From a virus (taxonomy: Duplodnaviria; Caudoviricetes), in the IMG/VR virus record IMGVR_UViG_3300044785_000009, positions 1 to 54,792 of that record: DNA of 54,792 nt. One strand, written 5' to 3'. Below the pieces are notes generated by a model. The model was not told where the DNA came from and made no database searches. It saw nothing but the letters and a program-made list of their open reading frames with translations. Within the stretch, counting starts at the first letter, position 1, and every line of letters starts with the position of its first letter. This document shows positions 19,131-28,605 of the stretch, piece by piece. The translations under genes were made by a program, and so were the position numbers.

Positions 19131-19612
19131 GGCAGGATGTACTCCGCTCCGTTAGTCCCCGTCTCTTGGATACTTACTAGTACCTCATTGATAGCGCCAC
19201 TGATGTTCATGAACGTTTCGTACATCTCGTCACAGATCCACTTGGCGAGATTCTCAGTCGTTGGATCTCCCGACCAGACCTGTAAGCCAGGCAGGCGTGA
19301 GTAGATAACATCTGCCGCGCCAAGCTTCGAGAGCCCCGGCCGTGCCGACCACGTACGCAGCTGGTTAGCCCACACGTCGTCGACGTTGAGGTGCAGATGG
19401 TGATCGAGCTTCTCGTCGATGTATCCGCGGAAGATCTTTTTGACAGCTCCGAAGTCAAGACCGGCGAGGATGCCATTCTTGTCGAGACGACCTTCGATCG
19501 TCAGTTCGATCTGAAGTGAGTGTCCATGAATGTTCTGACATTTGCCGGGCAGCAAGCTGAGACGGTGTGCGATCTCAGCATTGTGTCGAACGAAGATCCT
19601 ACTTGTCGTCAC
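19127..19612 (-). CDS. queD: 6-carboxy-5,6,7,8-tetrahydropterin synthase
   Basis: AHRL, KCQNIHGHS, DF..VK, LDH, PTTEN, ET motifs. GTG start at 19612 with AAGGAGG RBS. Confidence 0.92.
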   Translation of the reverse strand: MTTSRIFVRHNAEIAHRLSLLPGKCQNIHGHSLQIELTIEGRLDKNGILAGLDFGAVKKIFRGYIDEKLDHHLHLNVDDVWANQLRTWSARPGLSKLGAADVIYSRLPGLQVWSGDPTTENLAKWICDEMYETFMNISGAINEVLVSIQETGTNGAEYILP

Positions 19613-20048
19613 TAGATGTTGCCTCCTTGTGAGCATAAGAGGCCTCGCCGGCTGCGAGTGAAACGTCCTCGGCCGCATCCATAGTCTCTTGGTCGACCTC
19701 GTCCTTCTCTTCCTGATCGATCGGATCGTTGAGGTGAGCATGCACAGCTGCGAGCTTATTCTCGATCATCTGAATGCTGTCCGCTTCGAGATTCAGTGTC
19801 TCGATCGGATCAGTGAGAGGATCTGGCTTGACGGCGACCGTCTCGATATAGTGGACACCGGCAGGAATGAAATGAGCGTACTTCACGCCGTCGCGGTAGA
19901 TGCAGAGGAACGCACCTTCGATGTTCCAGCCGTCGAACGTGGTGAGCGATATGAGTGGAACTACGTCGTCAGCGTATAGCTTGACCTCGTACTTCACGGG
20001 GTTAGGCATTGTGAGTTCCTCTGAACTGCCCAAGAATATTTCAGCCAT
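19599..20048 (-). CDS. acidic hypothetical protein between queC and queD
   Basis: ORF overlaps both neighbours in operon fashion. Confidence 0.65.
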   Translation of the reverse strand: MAEIFLGSSEELTMPNPVKYEVKLYADDVVPLISLTTFDGWNIEGAFLCIYRDGVKYAHFIPAGVHYIETVAVKPDPLTDPIETLNLEADSIQMIENKLAAVHAHLNDPIDQEEKDEVDQETMDAAEDVSLAAGEASYAHKEATSSDDK

Positions 20049-20911
20049 TAGTTGTTCAACTCTCTCTGCGCGATATCCTGCCGTTGCGCTTCTGCAACAA
20101 CGACCTTCCAGTACTCGGTGTCGTCGTAGACAGTCAGGTCGCAGATCAAGGGTCGTCTTGCGGATGTTACGTCGTACTCCGTACAGATGATGTCATACGC
20201 ACCATTGATTGCCTCGAGCCGCTCGACACAAGTGCCGCAGCGACCGCAGTGATTCTCGCCGCCCTTATAGCAACTCCACGTCATGTGAAGTGGTACTCCG
20301 AGGACGAACGCACGATAGGCGATGTCCATCTTTGAGTGATGCAGATATGGTGCCTTGATGTACTTCATCAGCAGAGTACCCTCATTCTGCTCGGGAATCG
20401 GGCCGAAGCCTTCATTGCCGAGTACAACAGCGCCATTGGCTGCAGCGATGAAGTGTGGACGACAATCAGGGTAGACCACGTGATCACCTGCGTGGACGGC
20501 TGTTGCGATCCCGTCGAAGCCCCGATTCACAGCAACACCAGCAGCGATCGACAGCATGATCATGTTGCGGTTTGGAACGACCGTGAGCTTCATGTTGTCT
20601 TCGGCGTAGTGACCTTCAGGTACCTCGATCTCCTGACGTGCCTGCGCGTCAGGACCGTCCGAGGTCATAGCACTAGTAAGGGCCGAGTTGCTGATTAGCT
20701 TCGCCAGACCACTCAGGTCGACGACGTCGAACCGAAGACCAAGCTGAGACGCCATTGCACGGGCGAAGACGAGTTCCTTCTTGTGTCGCTGTCCGTAGTC
20801 GAACGAGATGATCTCGAGGTCATAGCCTTGACTGCACAAGTCGTAGACCATCGTCGTACTATCGAGGCCACCACTAACTACTGCTACTACTTTTGGCATT
20901 GTCATTAACAA
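20048..20911 (-). CDS. queC: 7-cyano-7-deazaguanine synthase
   Basis: SGGLDS, FDYGQRH.KE, VPNRN, YPDCR, TWSCY, HCGRCGTC.ER. Confidence 0.96.
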   Translation of the reverse strand: MLMTMPKVVAVVSGGLDSTTMVYDLCSQGYDLEIISFDYGQRHKKELVFARAMASQLGLRFDVVDLSGLAKLISNSALTSAMTSDGPDAQARQEIEVPEGHYAEDNMKLTVVPNRNMIMLSIAAGVAVNRGFDGIATAVHAGDHVVYPDCRPHFIAAANGAVVLGNEGFGPIPEQNEGTLLMKYIKAPYLHHSKMDIAYRAFVLGVPLHMTWSCYKGGENHCGRCGTCVERLEAINGAYDIICTEYDVTSARRPLICDLTVYDDTEYWKVVVAEAQRQDIAQRELNN

Positions 20912-23138
20912 TCATCCTTCCGGCTACTTCGTATAGCCATGTTCGACCCATTCTTGTTGCCAGGATCAATCCTCGTTGTTCCATTGTCATAAAGAGGACC
21001 TCAGCTCCTCTTGCGTCAAGATGATACCACTGCATCAACTTCGACCTGGAAATACCTGGATGCTTCCTGATCGATTGGTAGATGCGTTGCAGCATGATCT
21101 CGTTGGCAGTACGTCCGATTCCATTGATGATCTCCAACGCATAACCACGCCAGCTCTCACCGTACTTGATCGCCAAGAGAAGATCTTCCAGTTCAACTAC
21201 GACGGTCTCCCCCTGCAATCTAGTCGCCGCAATAAGAACGGCAGCTTTGAGCATCGACTTAGCTAATCGGTCGTACATGGGTGTCATAATGTCTGGCTGA
21301 TCACTACTAACACCCGCATACAATAGAGTTGCTTCGAGCTGATTGTATCTTTGCCAAGCATCAGGAGTCAGTTTTGCCATGGTACGATCGTTGCTAACAC
21401 CGACTACCTTACCCTTGACAGTTATTTCCACATTGGATTGGTATCTACCGCTAAGCTCGGTGAGTTCTTCTATGAGGAGCTCACGGGCTTCTAAGTTCTC
21501 TTCAGTCGGAGGACCAAGCGGCTGGAGCTTACTTACATCTGACTCAGCTGTTATGAAGATGAATCGTGGTACAAAGCCCGAAGCTACATGTTCGAGTGTT
21601 AATAGGCTCTGCACACGCGTTTTGATTCCACCTCCGAAGATGAGTAGGCATGGTTCTTTTACTGTGACTGTTTCACGTTTTAGAACTCTCTTCATTGTTT
21701 TGCCGTCATACAGCTTAGTGAGAGCCTCGGCCATTCCTGCCATGTAATCTTTTCTGGACATAGCTTCAATCAGTCCAGAGAACTCATCTCGCAAGAACAT
21801 AGAAGGCTTTCCAGGACGTATCTCAAGGCTCTGCATAAGCCCTTCAAGAGATCCATCCGTAGCTAGTAGTACATCTGGATCAACCTCCTCGAGTATCTCC
21901 ATCGCTACGTCCATCGCTGTCGACTTTCTAGTTAAAGTCGTATCAGCTAGTAGCATGAACCAGAGGTTGGGCATGATCGTTCCGAACGATGTCGGTAATC
22001 GAATCGATCCAGCCAAGAGCGAGCTCAGGATCATGAAGGCTCCTGCTTGATGATATTGTACTGCTGCATCTCCAAGACTACTTGCCCATTTGATATACCT
22101 CTCGACGAATGTAAACGTTCCATTTAGTGATGCAAGTTCTGTATCACTGATTAACGGTACTACCTTCTCGGTTTCAGGTACAAGAATGTTGAGTTTTTCA
22201 ACCGTCGCAACGTACGCACGACATACTTCGTTCCAGAGCAGCTTAGGGTGTTTGTTATCACGTTTGTACTTGTTGCAAGCCGCATCGCTAGTAACTGTGA
22301 ATACTTCTTCTCGAGACATACCTGCCTCGAACAGCAGCATCTCTAGCTGCCAGAGAGGCTTACTCCAACCCCCATCACTAGTCGACTGATCAGGTGCAAC
22401 ACTGTGCAGACTAAAGGCGATCGAGTTGAGCGTCTTGCGGTATCGTTGCATAATATCGAGTGCTGATTCGGTAGGCAGAACTTGTGGCATCGGATCATGC
22501 GTACGTGTGTTGATTCGTGCTTCTCGGTACTCATTAAAGTCGTCAGGAGCATAGTAGGTTGTATGGACCTTTGTGATGTTTACGGTTAGGGGGATTGGAT
22601 ACTTAAAATTGAATGTGAGTGGTACCCGCAGTAGTTGTGTCAGATCCCAACCACTAGTATCCGCACCATCAGCTACGTGGTGATATGCGATATTAGCTGA
22701 GATTTGCTCTGCGACAGCAGGCTCTACTGGCCTCTCAAATACCCACAGGGCCTGCCATCTATCTGTTGACGTCTCAAGTAGTACTGTTGGTTCGACAAGA
22801 AGAAGTTCCGGCTTGCAAGTATCGAGATCTGCCCATGCGGAGGCACAGGTCTTGACGTTCTCTTTAGTTCTTGCACTCCTTGCACCAGGGAGTCGTTCTC
22901 TCGACTTCAAGAGTTGCGGGCAAAAGTAGGTATTACCCTTTGTTGCAACGCTTTCGATGTGCACTAACATACGAGTGAGTTCTTCTGGATATTGAAAGAA
23001 CTCTTCGGAGAACCTTCCGCTCTCGATCGCCTTGTGCGATATACAGACAAACCCGCTTGAGTTCGGTCCGAATACCAATTTGAAGAACGTGGATCGCTTC
23101 GAGCGTCGTTCTTCTGGCGTCAGAGACGGTGATGTCAT
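20874..23138 (-). CDS. primase (RepB/AEP-like) fused to a DUF3987-like helicase domain
   Basis: WADLD, ETS..RWQALW and LLRVP.T.N.KY in the N-terminus. RKSTA, DEFSG and SGFVPRF in the C-terminus. Confidence 0.8.
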   Translation of the reverse strand: MTSPSLTPEERRSKRSTFFKLVFGPNSSGFVCISHKAIESGRFSEEFFQYPEELTRMLVHIESVATKGNTYFCPQLLKSRERLPGARSARTKENVKTCASAWADLDTCKPELLLVEPTVLLETSTDRWQALWVFERPVEPAVAEQISANIAYHHVADGADTSGWDLTQLLRVPLTFNFKYPIPLTVNITKVHTTYYAPDDFNEYREARINTRTHDPMPQVLPTESALDIMQRYRKTLNSIAFSLHSVAPDQSTSDGGWSKPLWQLEMLLFEAGMSREEVFTVTSDAACNKYKRDNKHPKLLWNEVCRAYVATVEKLNILVPETEKVVPLISDTELASLNGTFTFVERYIKWASSLGDAAVQYHQAGAFMILSSLLAGSIRLPTSFGTIMPNLWFMLLADTTLTRKSTAMDVAMEILEEVDPDVLLATDGSLEGLMQSLEIRPGKPSMFLRDEFSGLIEAMSRKDYMAGMAEALTKLYDGKTMKRVLKRETVTVKEPCLLIFGGGIKTRVQSLLTLEHVASGFVPRFIFITAESDVSKLQPLGPPTEENLEARELLIEELTELSGRYQSNVEITVKGKVVGVSNDRTMAKLTPDAWQRYNQLEATLLYAGVSSDQPDIMTPMYDRLAKSMLKAAVLIAATRLQGETVVVELEDLLLAIKYGESWRGYALEIINGIGRTANEIMLQRIYQSIRKHPGISRSKLMQWYHLDARGAEVLFMTMEQRGLILATRMGRTWLYEVAGRMIVNDNAKSSSSS

Positions 23139-23163
23139 AGCTCACCGCCTATTCAATTGAAAG

Positions 23164-23229
23164 GGAGTAGGCACTCAGTTGGTTGTGGTTCTACTGCCAA
23201 CCACGGTAGCAGCGCTGAGTGCCTACTCC
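23164..23229 (-). terminator. 15-bp stem with internal hairpin between the SSB-like and primase genes
   Basis: GGAGTAGGCACTCAG / CTGAGTGCCTACTCC. Confidence 0.65.
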
Positions 23230-23241
23230 GGTCTTCAGGAG

Positions 23242-23793
23242 CTACGACAGAAGCGAGCTCTTGGCACTTGCTGTCGCCTTCTTGCCGGTGATCGCACCGC
23301 CCGTTGCATCCCACTTCTCAGGAGGCATGAACGACTTCGGCTCGAACTTCGGCGGGTACACCTTAGTCGGGTCGGCCTTGTCCTTCGTCTCGCCGACCAG
23401 AATGCCGCCGACCACGACCTGCTTGTCGATAAGCTCGGAGGGCTCAGGAACGCGTCCACGACCCGACTGAACGTCCCAACCGGTCGACTTCATGATCTGA
23501 ACGATAGTATATAGTGCCGGGTTGAAGAGCATCGCGTTGGTCCAGCACTTGCGGTTGACGTACTGGCCACCACGCTTGTCGGCGACCACTGTGAACTCGA
23601 TCGCGTAGTACGGCTTGCCTGCATTCTTCGCCGACTTGCTCTCGCGAAGATCAACGTCGGTGATGGTGCAGAGGTACTTACCGCTCGGGAGTGGCTCGAT
23701 GTCACGGCCTTCACTGGCCGCCTCCTCCTCGGAGAAGTTGACGTAGAGGCCATCGCCCTGGTTGTCCATCATCTGGTCATCGTTGGGCTGCAT
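23242..23793 (-). CDS. single-stranded DNA-binding protein (DUF669-like)
   Basis: PLPSGKY...I.DV...SK...G.PY...F.V. Located beside a Sak4-like ATPase. Confidence 0.7.
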   Translation of the reverse strand: MQPNDDQMMDNQGDGLYVNFSEEEAASEGRDIEPLPSGKYLCTITDVDLRESKSAKNAGKPYYAIEFTVVADKRGGQYVNRKCWTNAMLFNPALYTIVQIMKSTGWDVQSGRGRVPEPSELIDKQVVVGGILVGETKDKADPTKVYPPKFEPKSFMPPEKWDATGGAITGKKATASAKSSLLS

Positions 23794-23803
23794 TTGTTAC
23801 CTT

Positions 23804-24667
23804 TCAGTTTGTGAGGTCTGCGAGTTCCGCATCTGTGATGAACGGTTGTGCACTTTGTACAGGCTCTTTCTTCGCTGCTGCCATCGTTCCAGTACGGCGA
23901 ACGATTAGTTCGTACAGTTGCTCCATGTCGGGATCGACCATGACTGTCGGTAGTAGCCCCGAGCGATCCTTTGCGATCGTCGACTCTGTGGCTGCGGATT
24001 GGAGAACACGTACTTGCTTGGTCTCTCCGTCCTCGTTGACCTCCTTCATTGAGTAGTATAGCACGATGTCCAGGAAGGCTGCTACCTCACCTGCCATCTT
24101 GCCACTGAGGGATGGAAGATTGATGGGACGCTTGAGCCGATCTTCCTTCTGCATGTCAAGTGCAGTGAAGATCACGTTCAACGGGAGATCCCGGAACGCT
24201 CGAACGAACCGTCGGATCTGCTCGAGGTTCTTGCCCCACTCACGAATGGATGGGACATCTTCGTCTCGAGCTTCGTTCGCATCAACGAGCTTGCGCATGA
24301 TCTCGTCCATGTTGAACTTCTGGATCTCAGTTAGGCTGTCGAGAATGACGGTCCTGAAGCCATGACCGCCGGCATACAGGCTGTCGTAGAGCGCCTGCAT
24401 GTCTTTCCAGGATGTTACTCGAACTCGTTCTACACCAGGAAACTCCTTACGAAGCGTCATGATGCCACCCTCGATGTCGATGTAGAGCACCCGACGCATC
24501 TCAGGTACGTCGTACGATGAGCCAGCGAGTCGCGTCTTGCCGACGCCTGACTTGCCATAGACCAGCAAGTTGAAGTGCGGATCCACATCGGCGGCGCGCT
24601 CGAGCTTCAGTCCAGCGATTGTCGTTGGGGTGAGCTCTCTTACAGTGGCATTGATCGATCTGGTCAT
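23804..24667 (-). CDS. AAA ATPase, Sak4-like recombinase
   Basis: YGKSGVGKT, DIEGG, VILDSLTE, AKDRSG. Confidence 0.85.
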   Translation of the reverse strand: MTRSINATVRELTPTTIAGLKLERAADVDPHFNLLVYGKSGVGKTRLAGSSYDVPEMRRVLYIDIEGGIMTLRKEFPGVERVRVTSWKDMQALYDSLYAGGHGFRTVILDSLTEIQKFNMDEIMRKLVDANEARDEDVPSIREWGKNLEQIRRFVRAFRDLPLNVIFTALDMQKEDRLKRPINLPSLSGKMAGEVAAFLDIVLYYSMKEVNEDGETKQVRVLQSAATESTIAKDRSGLLPTVMVDPDMEQLYELIVRRTGTMAAAKKEPVQSAQPFITDAELADLTN

Positions 24668-24693
24668 GCTGTTCCTTTCTTAACCCGTCCTCA

Positions 24694-24798
24694 CTACTTC
24701 GGACGGACATCCTGTCGTCTCCGGATTACGTACACCACGAGACGAAGCGCTCCTAAGATTAGGAGGCCATACAAAATGCCAATGGTCCAGTCACGCAT
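24694..24798 (-). CDS. 34-aa membrane peptide
   Basis: MRDWTIGILYGLLILGALRLVVYVIRRRQDVRPK. TAATG coupling with the upstream gene. Confidence 0.45.
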   Translation of the reverse strand: MRDWTIGILYGLLILGALRLVVYVIRRRQDVRPK

Positions 24799-26042
24799 TA
24801 CTGACCACCCTTGCTCTCGGTCGATACAGGAGCTGTCTCCCAGTAGCGACGTTCGCGCTTCTCGAAGTTGGAGAGGAACATGTACTCGATATCCTCGTTG
24901 CGATTCGCGCCGATGCACGGCTGGCGATAAGCACAGAAGGTACAACCGAATCGTCCTGGCGAAGGGTAGATCGCCAGGTCTTCATCGATCATCTCCTTCG
25001 CCATCTTGTACAGATCTAGTCCACAGTTGGCGAGCTCAGCTTCGCTCCGAGTGACCTGCTTGCGACTGAAGAAGTGTGGTCCTTCGTTCTTGAGGTACTC
25101 GAGGAACTCGTCGTATGCACCTGAAGCGAGACCGAGAGGATCGCCTTCGCTAACCGTCTCGAAGTACAACTCGTAGGACGTGTTCTGCTGCTTGTTGACG
25201 GAGTACCAAGCACCTTTGCGCTTCACTTTGTTCGGTTCAGGCTCGATCGGGAACGCCTTCTTGATCTCGTGGTGAACAAAGCCAGCCACAGGAATTCCCA
25301 AGAGCCATAGGGCCCAGCAGTACGATGTTATCTGGGTGTCGAGCTGGATGAACTCGTCTGGAGAATCCTGCTCTTCCTGTCCAGACAACCTTGCAGCGGT
25401 CTTCCAGTCGAAGATCCACAGCCGACCGAGATCGTCTTCAGCCAGCATGTCGATGCGACCACCGAACGTGACAGGAAGACCTACCCAGTTATCACGGAGC
25501 ATATGCTCGTCGACGATGAGATTGTGCTCCCATGCGTACTTGTGATAAAGCTTCCAACACTGTGCACACTTGCACCAGAGCTGGTTACCTTCGGGGTCGG
25601 TGATCGGAACTTCGAACTCGATCTCGACTCTGATCGGCTTGAACTGTTGATCGAGCCTCGGACTTACCTTCTGACAGTGATAACGCAACATCCCCTCGCC
25701 CAAGGAGACACGCTCAGCGTAGTCTTCTTCGACGAGGGGATCGATCTGTCCGTCTGTAGTTTTGAGGAACTCAGTCTTCTGGTTCGCCGTCATCTGCTTG
25801 AATGCGAGAAGAGATAGTGTCAGCCTAGCTTCAGGGTCTCTCCCCCACATCGACGGATCGTACCAAGTCTCTAGGGCCTTATGGAACGCAGACCCGAACT
25901 CGAGCGGCTTCGCAGTTGTCATCGGATACCACCGATCGTTGAACAACCAGTTCCATCGACGACGGCAACTACGGTAAGATGCTGCTTCGCTGTTATGGAT
26001 CGCATGTGTTAGTTTGGCTGGGATGTAGTCGTTTATTTTCAA
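24798..26042 (-). CDS. PD-(D/E)XK exonuclease (Cas4/RecB-like)
   Basis: C.RRW, FGSAFH..LE, GRID, DWKT, Q...Y, C.FC.Y...C. Confidence 0.85.
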   Translation of the reverse strand: MKINDYIPAKLTHAIHNSEAASYRSCRRRWNWLFNDRWYPMTTAKPLEFGSAFHKALETWYDPSMWGRDPEARLTLSLLAFKQMTANQKTEFLKTTDGQIDPLVEEDYAERVSLGEGMLRYHCQKVSPRLDQQFKPIRVEIEFEVPITDPEGNQLWCKCAQCWKLYHKYAWEHNLIVDEHMLRDNWVGLPVTFGGRIDMLAEDDLGRLWIFDWKTAARLSGQEEQDSPDEFIQLDTQITSYCWALWLLGIPVAGFVHHEIKKAFPIEPEPNKVKRKGAWYSVNKQQNTSYELYFETVSEGDPLGLASGAYDEFLEYLKNEGPHFFSRKQVTRSEAELANCGLDLYKMAKEMIDEDLAIYPSPGRFGCTFCAYRQPCIGANRNEDIEYMFLSNFEKRERRYWETAPVSTESKGGQ

Positions 26043-26060
26043 CTTACCCTCCTATCACCA

Positions 26061-26091
26061 ATTATACCCCTGGTTAACATGTTGACTACAA
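26061..26091 (-). promoter_or_regulatory. leftward promoter TTGTAG-N19-TATAAT for the recombination/replication operon
   Basis: Member of the repeated TTGNAGTC...TATAAT family. Confidence 0.7.
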
Positions 26092-26156
26092 GGGGCCCAT
26101 AGCCTCGTTGTTATAGATCTCATGTTAGACGATTAAGTAACACATTCATAGCAACA

Positions 26157-26417
26157 CTAAGGTCCGGACAATACACCGTTCGGCCCTGTGGGGTTCTTCG
26201 GACCTTCGCCGGCATTGATAGTCTTGAGATTCGTGATGTTCTTTTTCTGTTCCGGTCGGAGCGAGTTAACTGGTCTATGTGTTTTGTTGTCAGGGCATTT
26301 TTTGTAGTTCAATTCGTCCTTCCAGAAGTCTCCTCTCCACCAGAGCTCCATTCCACAGTGACGGCATGGTCTAGCTTTAACTCGGCGGGGTGTTGTTTCC
26401 ACCTTCTCGTACTCCAA
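26157..26417 (-). CDS. hypothetical Zn-finger-like protein
   Basis: CRHC...C...H pattern. Confidence 0.5.
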   Translation of the reverse strand: MEYEKVETTPRRVKARPCRHCGMELWWRGDFWKDELNYKKCPDNKTHRPVNSLRPEQKKNITNLKTINAGEGPKNPTGPNGVLSGP

Positions 26418-26712
26418 TGTAGAGGTTGTCGGTTAGCTTTGCGCCAGGATGAAGTAGATTCCATGGATGATGAGTCATTCCACGTTTCGGCTTGCCGCAT
26501 GCCTTATGAAGCCACCAGCCCCACTTAGCTCCTCGAACGCTCTTGTCATCCTTCGTTGTGCACTCACAAAATAACGTCGGACGCTTAAACACTCCGACTA
26601 CGTTGAGTGACTGATGTGAACCCTCAGGAGCAGGTCCAGCGTTGATGATGGTGGATGAAAAGGAGTCAGCCTCCTCGTCGTTGTCAAAAGCCAGTACCAC
26701 ATACTTCGCCAT
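26377..26712 (-). CDS. hypothetical protein
   Basis: GAGG RBS, operon position. Confidence 0.65.
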   Translation of the reverse strand: MAKYVVLAFDNDEEADSFSSTIINAGPAPEGSHQSLNVVGVFKRPTLFCECTTKDDKSVRGAKWGWWLHKACGKPKRGMTHHPWNLLHPGAKLTDNLYIGVREGGNNTPPS

Positions 26713-26737
26713 TAGAACCTCTCTAGAGATACGAATA

Positions 26738-26764
26738 GGCGGTAGGCTAATTCAGCCTACCGCC
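26738..26764 (-). terminator. stem-loop
   Basis: GGCGGTAGGCT / AGCCTACCGCC. Confidence 0.6.
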
Positions 26765-26770
26765 ACGTCT

Positions 26771-27118
26771 TCAAAGCCTTGGACCGTCGTGTTCTTCGTC
26801 ATTCCAGGTCTTGAGAAGACCGTCTTTCTGCATCTCGACAAGGTCGACGATCATGCCTGCAGCCCTCATGCTGATCTCGTCTCCGACCTTTAACGTACCA
26901 GCCGGAATGGTTGTCCCCTGCTCCTCGGTGGTGTCCTTCTGCTCGGGGAATGTGAAGTGCTCGTGCATGTACTCGTCGCACGACGTGTTAGACGGGTGCT
27001 TGTGGATGATTGACTCCTCGGGATGAGACCAGTACTTATCGCTCAGACGATAGTTCGCGTCCGAACGCATTGCATCGAGGTCGGTAACACCCTCATGATG
27101 CCAGTAGTGATGCGTCAC
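26771..27118 (-). CDS. hypothetical protein
   Basis: AGGAGG RBS, overlaps the helicase stop. Confidence 0.6.
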   Translation of the reverse strand: MTHHYWHHEGVTDLDAMRSDANYRLSDKYWSHPEESIIHKHPSNTSCDEYMHEHFTFPEQKDTTEEQGTTIPAGTLKVGDEISMRAAGMIVDLVEMQKDGLLKTWNDEEHDGPRL

Positions 27119-28517
27119 GTGCTTCCTCCTGGATCCTGTCGCCGAGTAACTCCTTGAGCCAAGACCATTTCATTTCAAGTTGCTGCAACCGACCACCGTC
27201 AACCGTATCTGTTGCGACGATGTCGATTACCTCGACGGCATTCTTCTGACCAATACGATGCAGACGATCTTCAGCCTGCCGATTCCGACTAGGATTCCAC
27301 GTTCGGTCAAGGAAGATAACGGTCGAAGCTGCAGTAAGCGTAATGCCTTCGCCTCCTGCGTGGATAGTACCTGCGAATACACGTGCTTTTCCGGCTTGGA
27401 AATCATCCACCAAGCCTCCACGATCCGCCTGCGGCGTGTCCCCAGTGAGAGCAACGTGTGTAATGTTGGCCTTCGTGAGTCTTGCGGCGAGCATGTTGAT
27501 GATTTGCTTCGACTCACTAAAGACGACGAATTGTTCCGTTGGGTTGTCTTCAAGCCTCTCCATGACCACATCGAGCTTGGAACTTGGTTCAGAGAGCTTG
27601 ACTCGTCGAACTTCATGTCCAATACATCCTGCCTCGCACCCATCTTCAGGACACTCCCGCCTACGCCTTGTTACCATCTCGATCTCTGCGTAGGCCAGTG
27701 CGAACTGCTTTAGTCTAACGAGCTGCGCCATAACGATTGGCGCCGCGACTGGTTCCTCTTCATGCTTGCCTATCCACGCAAGCATGTCCTTCGCCATCTG
27801 TTCGTAGATCTTCCGCTGCCGAGGTGAGAGTGTCACCTCGATCTCGGTGTAGTACTTATCGGGCAGATCGGCGATCACGTCTTCCTTCAACCTTCGAAGG
27901 TAGTACTGCTCGACGGATTCGAGTAATTCTTCGACGTTTGCAACACCTACCTGCTTGCGGAAAGGCCTCTGGTGGTAACCATTGCAACCCTCTGCCGCAC
28001 ATGGACCTTGATTGTGCGGTTCCGTCTTGATGAAGTAGTGTTCGAACCTCCAGTAGCTCGTCCATACTCTTGGGTAGAGCCACTGAAGGATGGAGTACAA
28101 GTCTTGTGGTTTGTTGTCGGCTGGAGTGCCAGACAATGCCGTCTTGCAACGGGTGTTGATCTTCTTTAGTGCCTGTGTCTGTTGTGCCTTACGGTTCTTG
28201 GCTCTATGTGCTTCATCCGCAATTACATGGTACCATTGCAGACTTTGCAACTCGTCGACAAGACGAAGAGCCTCCCAGTGGATGATGTAGTAGTGATAGG
28301 GCTGACTCAGCTTCTTGATAAAGTCATCCCTATTCTTAGGATCGATCATAACTACTCTAGCCCCAGGCCACATCTGTTGGATGTGCCAGGCCCAGGACGA
28401 GATGACAGATGTCGGTGCTACGACTAGCGTCTTAAAGTCTGTCTGTCGCATACCTTTGAGACGTGTTGTCCTTCTGCGGAGGTCTAGGGCGATTGCTTCG
28501 TACGTCTTACCAGTCAA
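27093..28517 (-). CDS. SNF2-family (SF2) helicase, main fragment starting inside Walker A
   Basis: GKT, DEAH, LSGTP, GGEGITLT, QAEDRLHRIGQ. Confidence 0.88.
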   Translation of the reverse strand: MTGKTYEAIALDLRRRTTRLKGMRQTDFKTLVVAPTSVISSWAWHIQQMWPGARVVMIDPKNRDDFIKKLSQPYHYYIIHWEALRLVDELQSLQWYHVIADEAHRAKNRKAQQTQALKKINTRCKTALSGTPADNKPQDLYSILQWLYPRVWTSYWRFEHYFIKTEPHNQGPCAAEGCNGYHQRPFRKQVGVANVEELLESVEQYYLRRLKEDVIADLPDKYYTEIEVTLSPRQRKIYEQMAKDMLAWIGKHEEEPVAAPIVMAQLVRLKQFALAYAEIEMVTRRRRECPEDGCEAGCIGHEVRRVKLSEPSSKLDVVMERLEDNPTEQFVVFSESKQIINMLAARLTKANITHVALTGDTPQADRGGLVDDFQAGKARVFAGTIHAGGEGITLTAASTVIFLDRTWNPSRNRQAEDRLHRIGQKNAVEVIDIVATDTVDGGRLQQLEMKWSWLKELLGDRIQEEARDASLLAS

Positions 28518-28600
28518 GTACCCATTTCATCTCCACACAACACGGATGGCACATTGACAAACTTGTCCACCATAGCTTTTTGGAAAGGATATAGGCGCAT
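28514..28600 (-). CDS. N-terminal fragment of the helicase (Q-motif and first half of Walker A)
   Basis: MRLYPFQKAMVDKFVNVPSVLCGDEMGT* with AGGAGGTG RBS. Out of frame with the main fragment by 5 nt. Confidence 0.8.
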   Translation of the reverse strand: MRLYPFQKAMVDKFVNVPSVLCGDEMGT

Positions 28601-28605
28601 TTGCA

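Noticed and set aside
24798-26042. CRISPR-associated Cas4 / CRISPR array
   Set aside because: No repeat-spacer array or other cas genes. The context (Sak4-like ATPase, SSB) indicates a recombination exonuclease.
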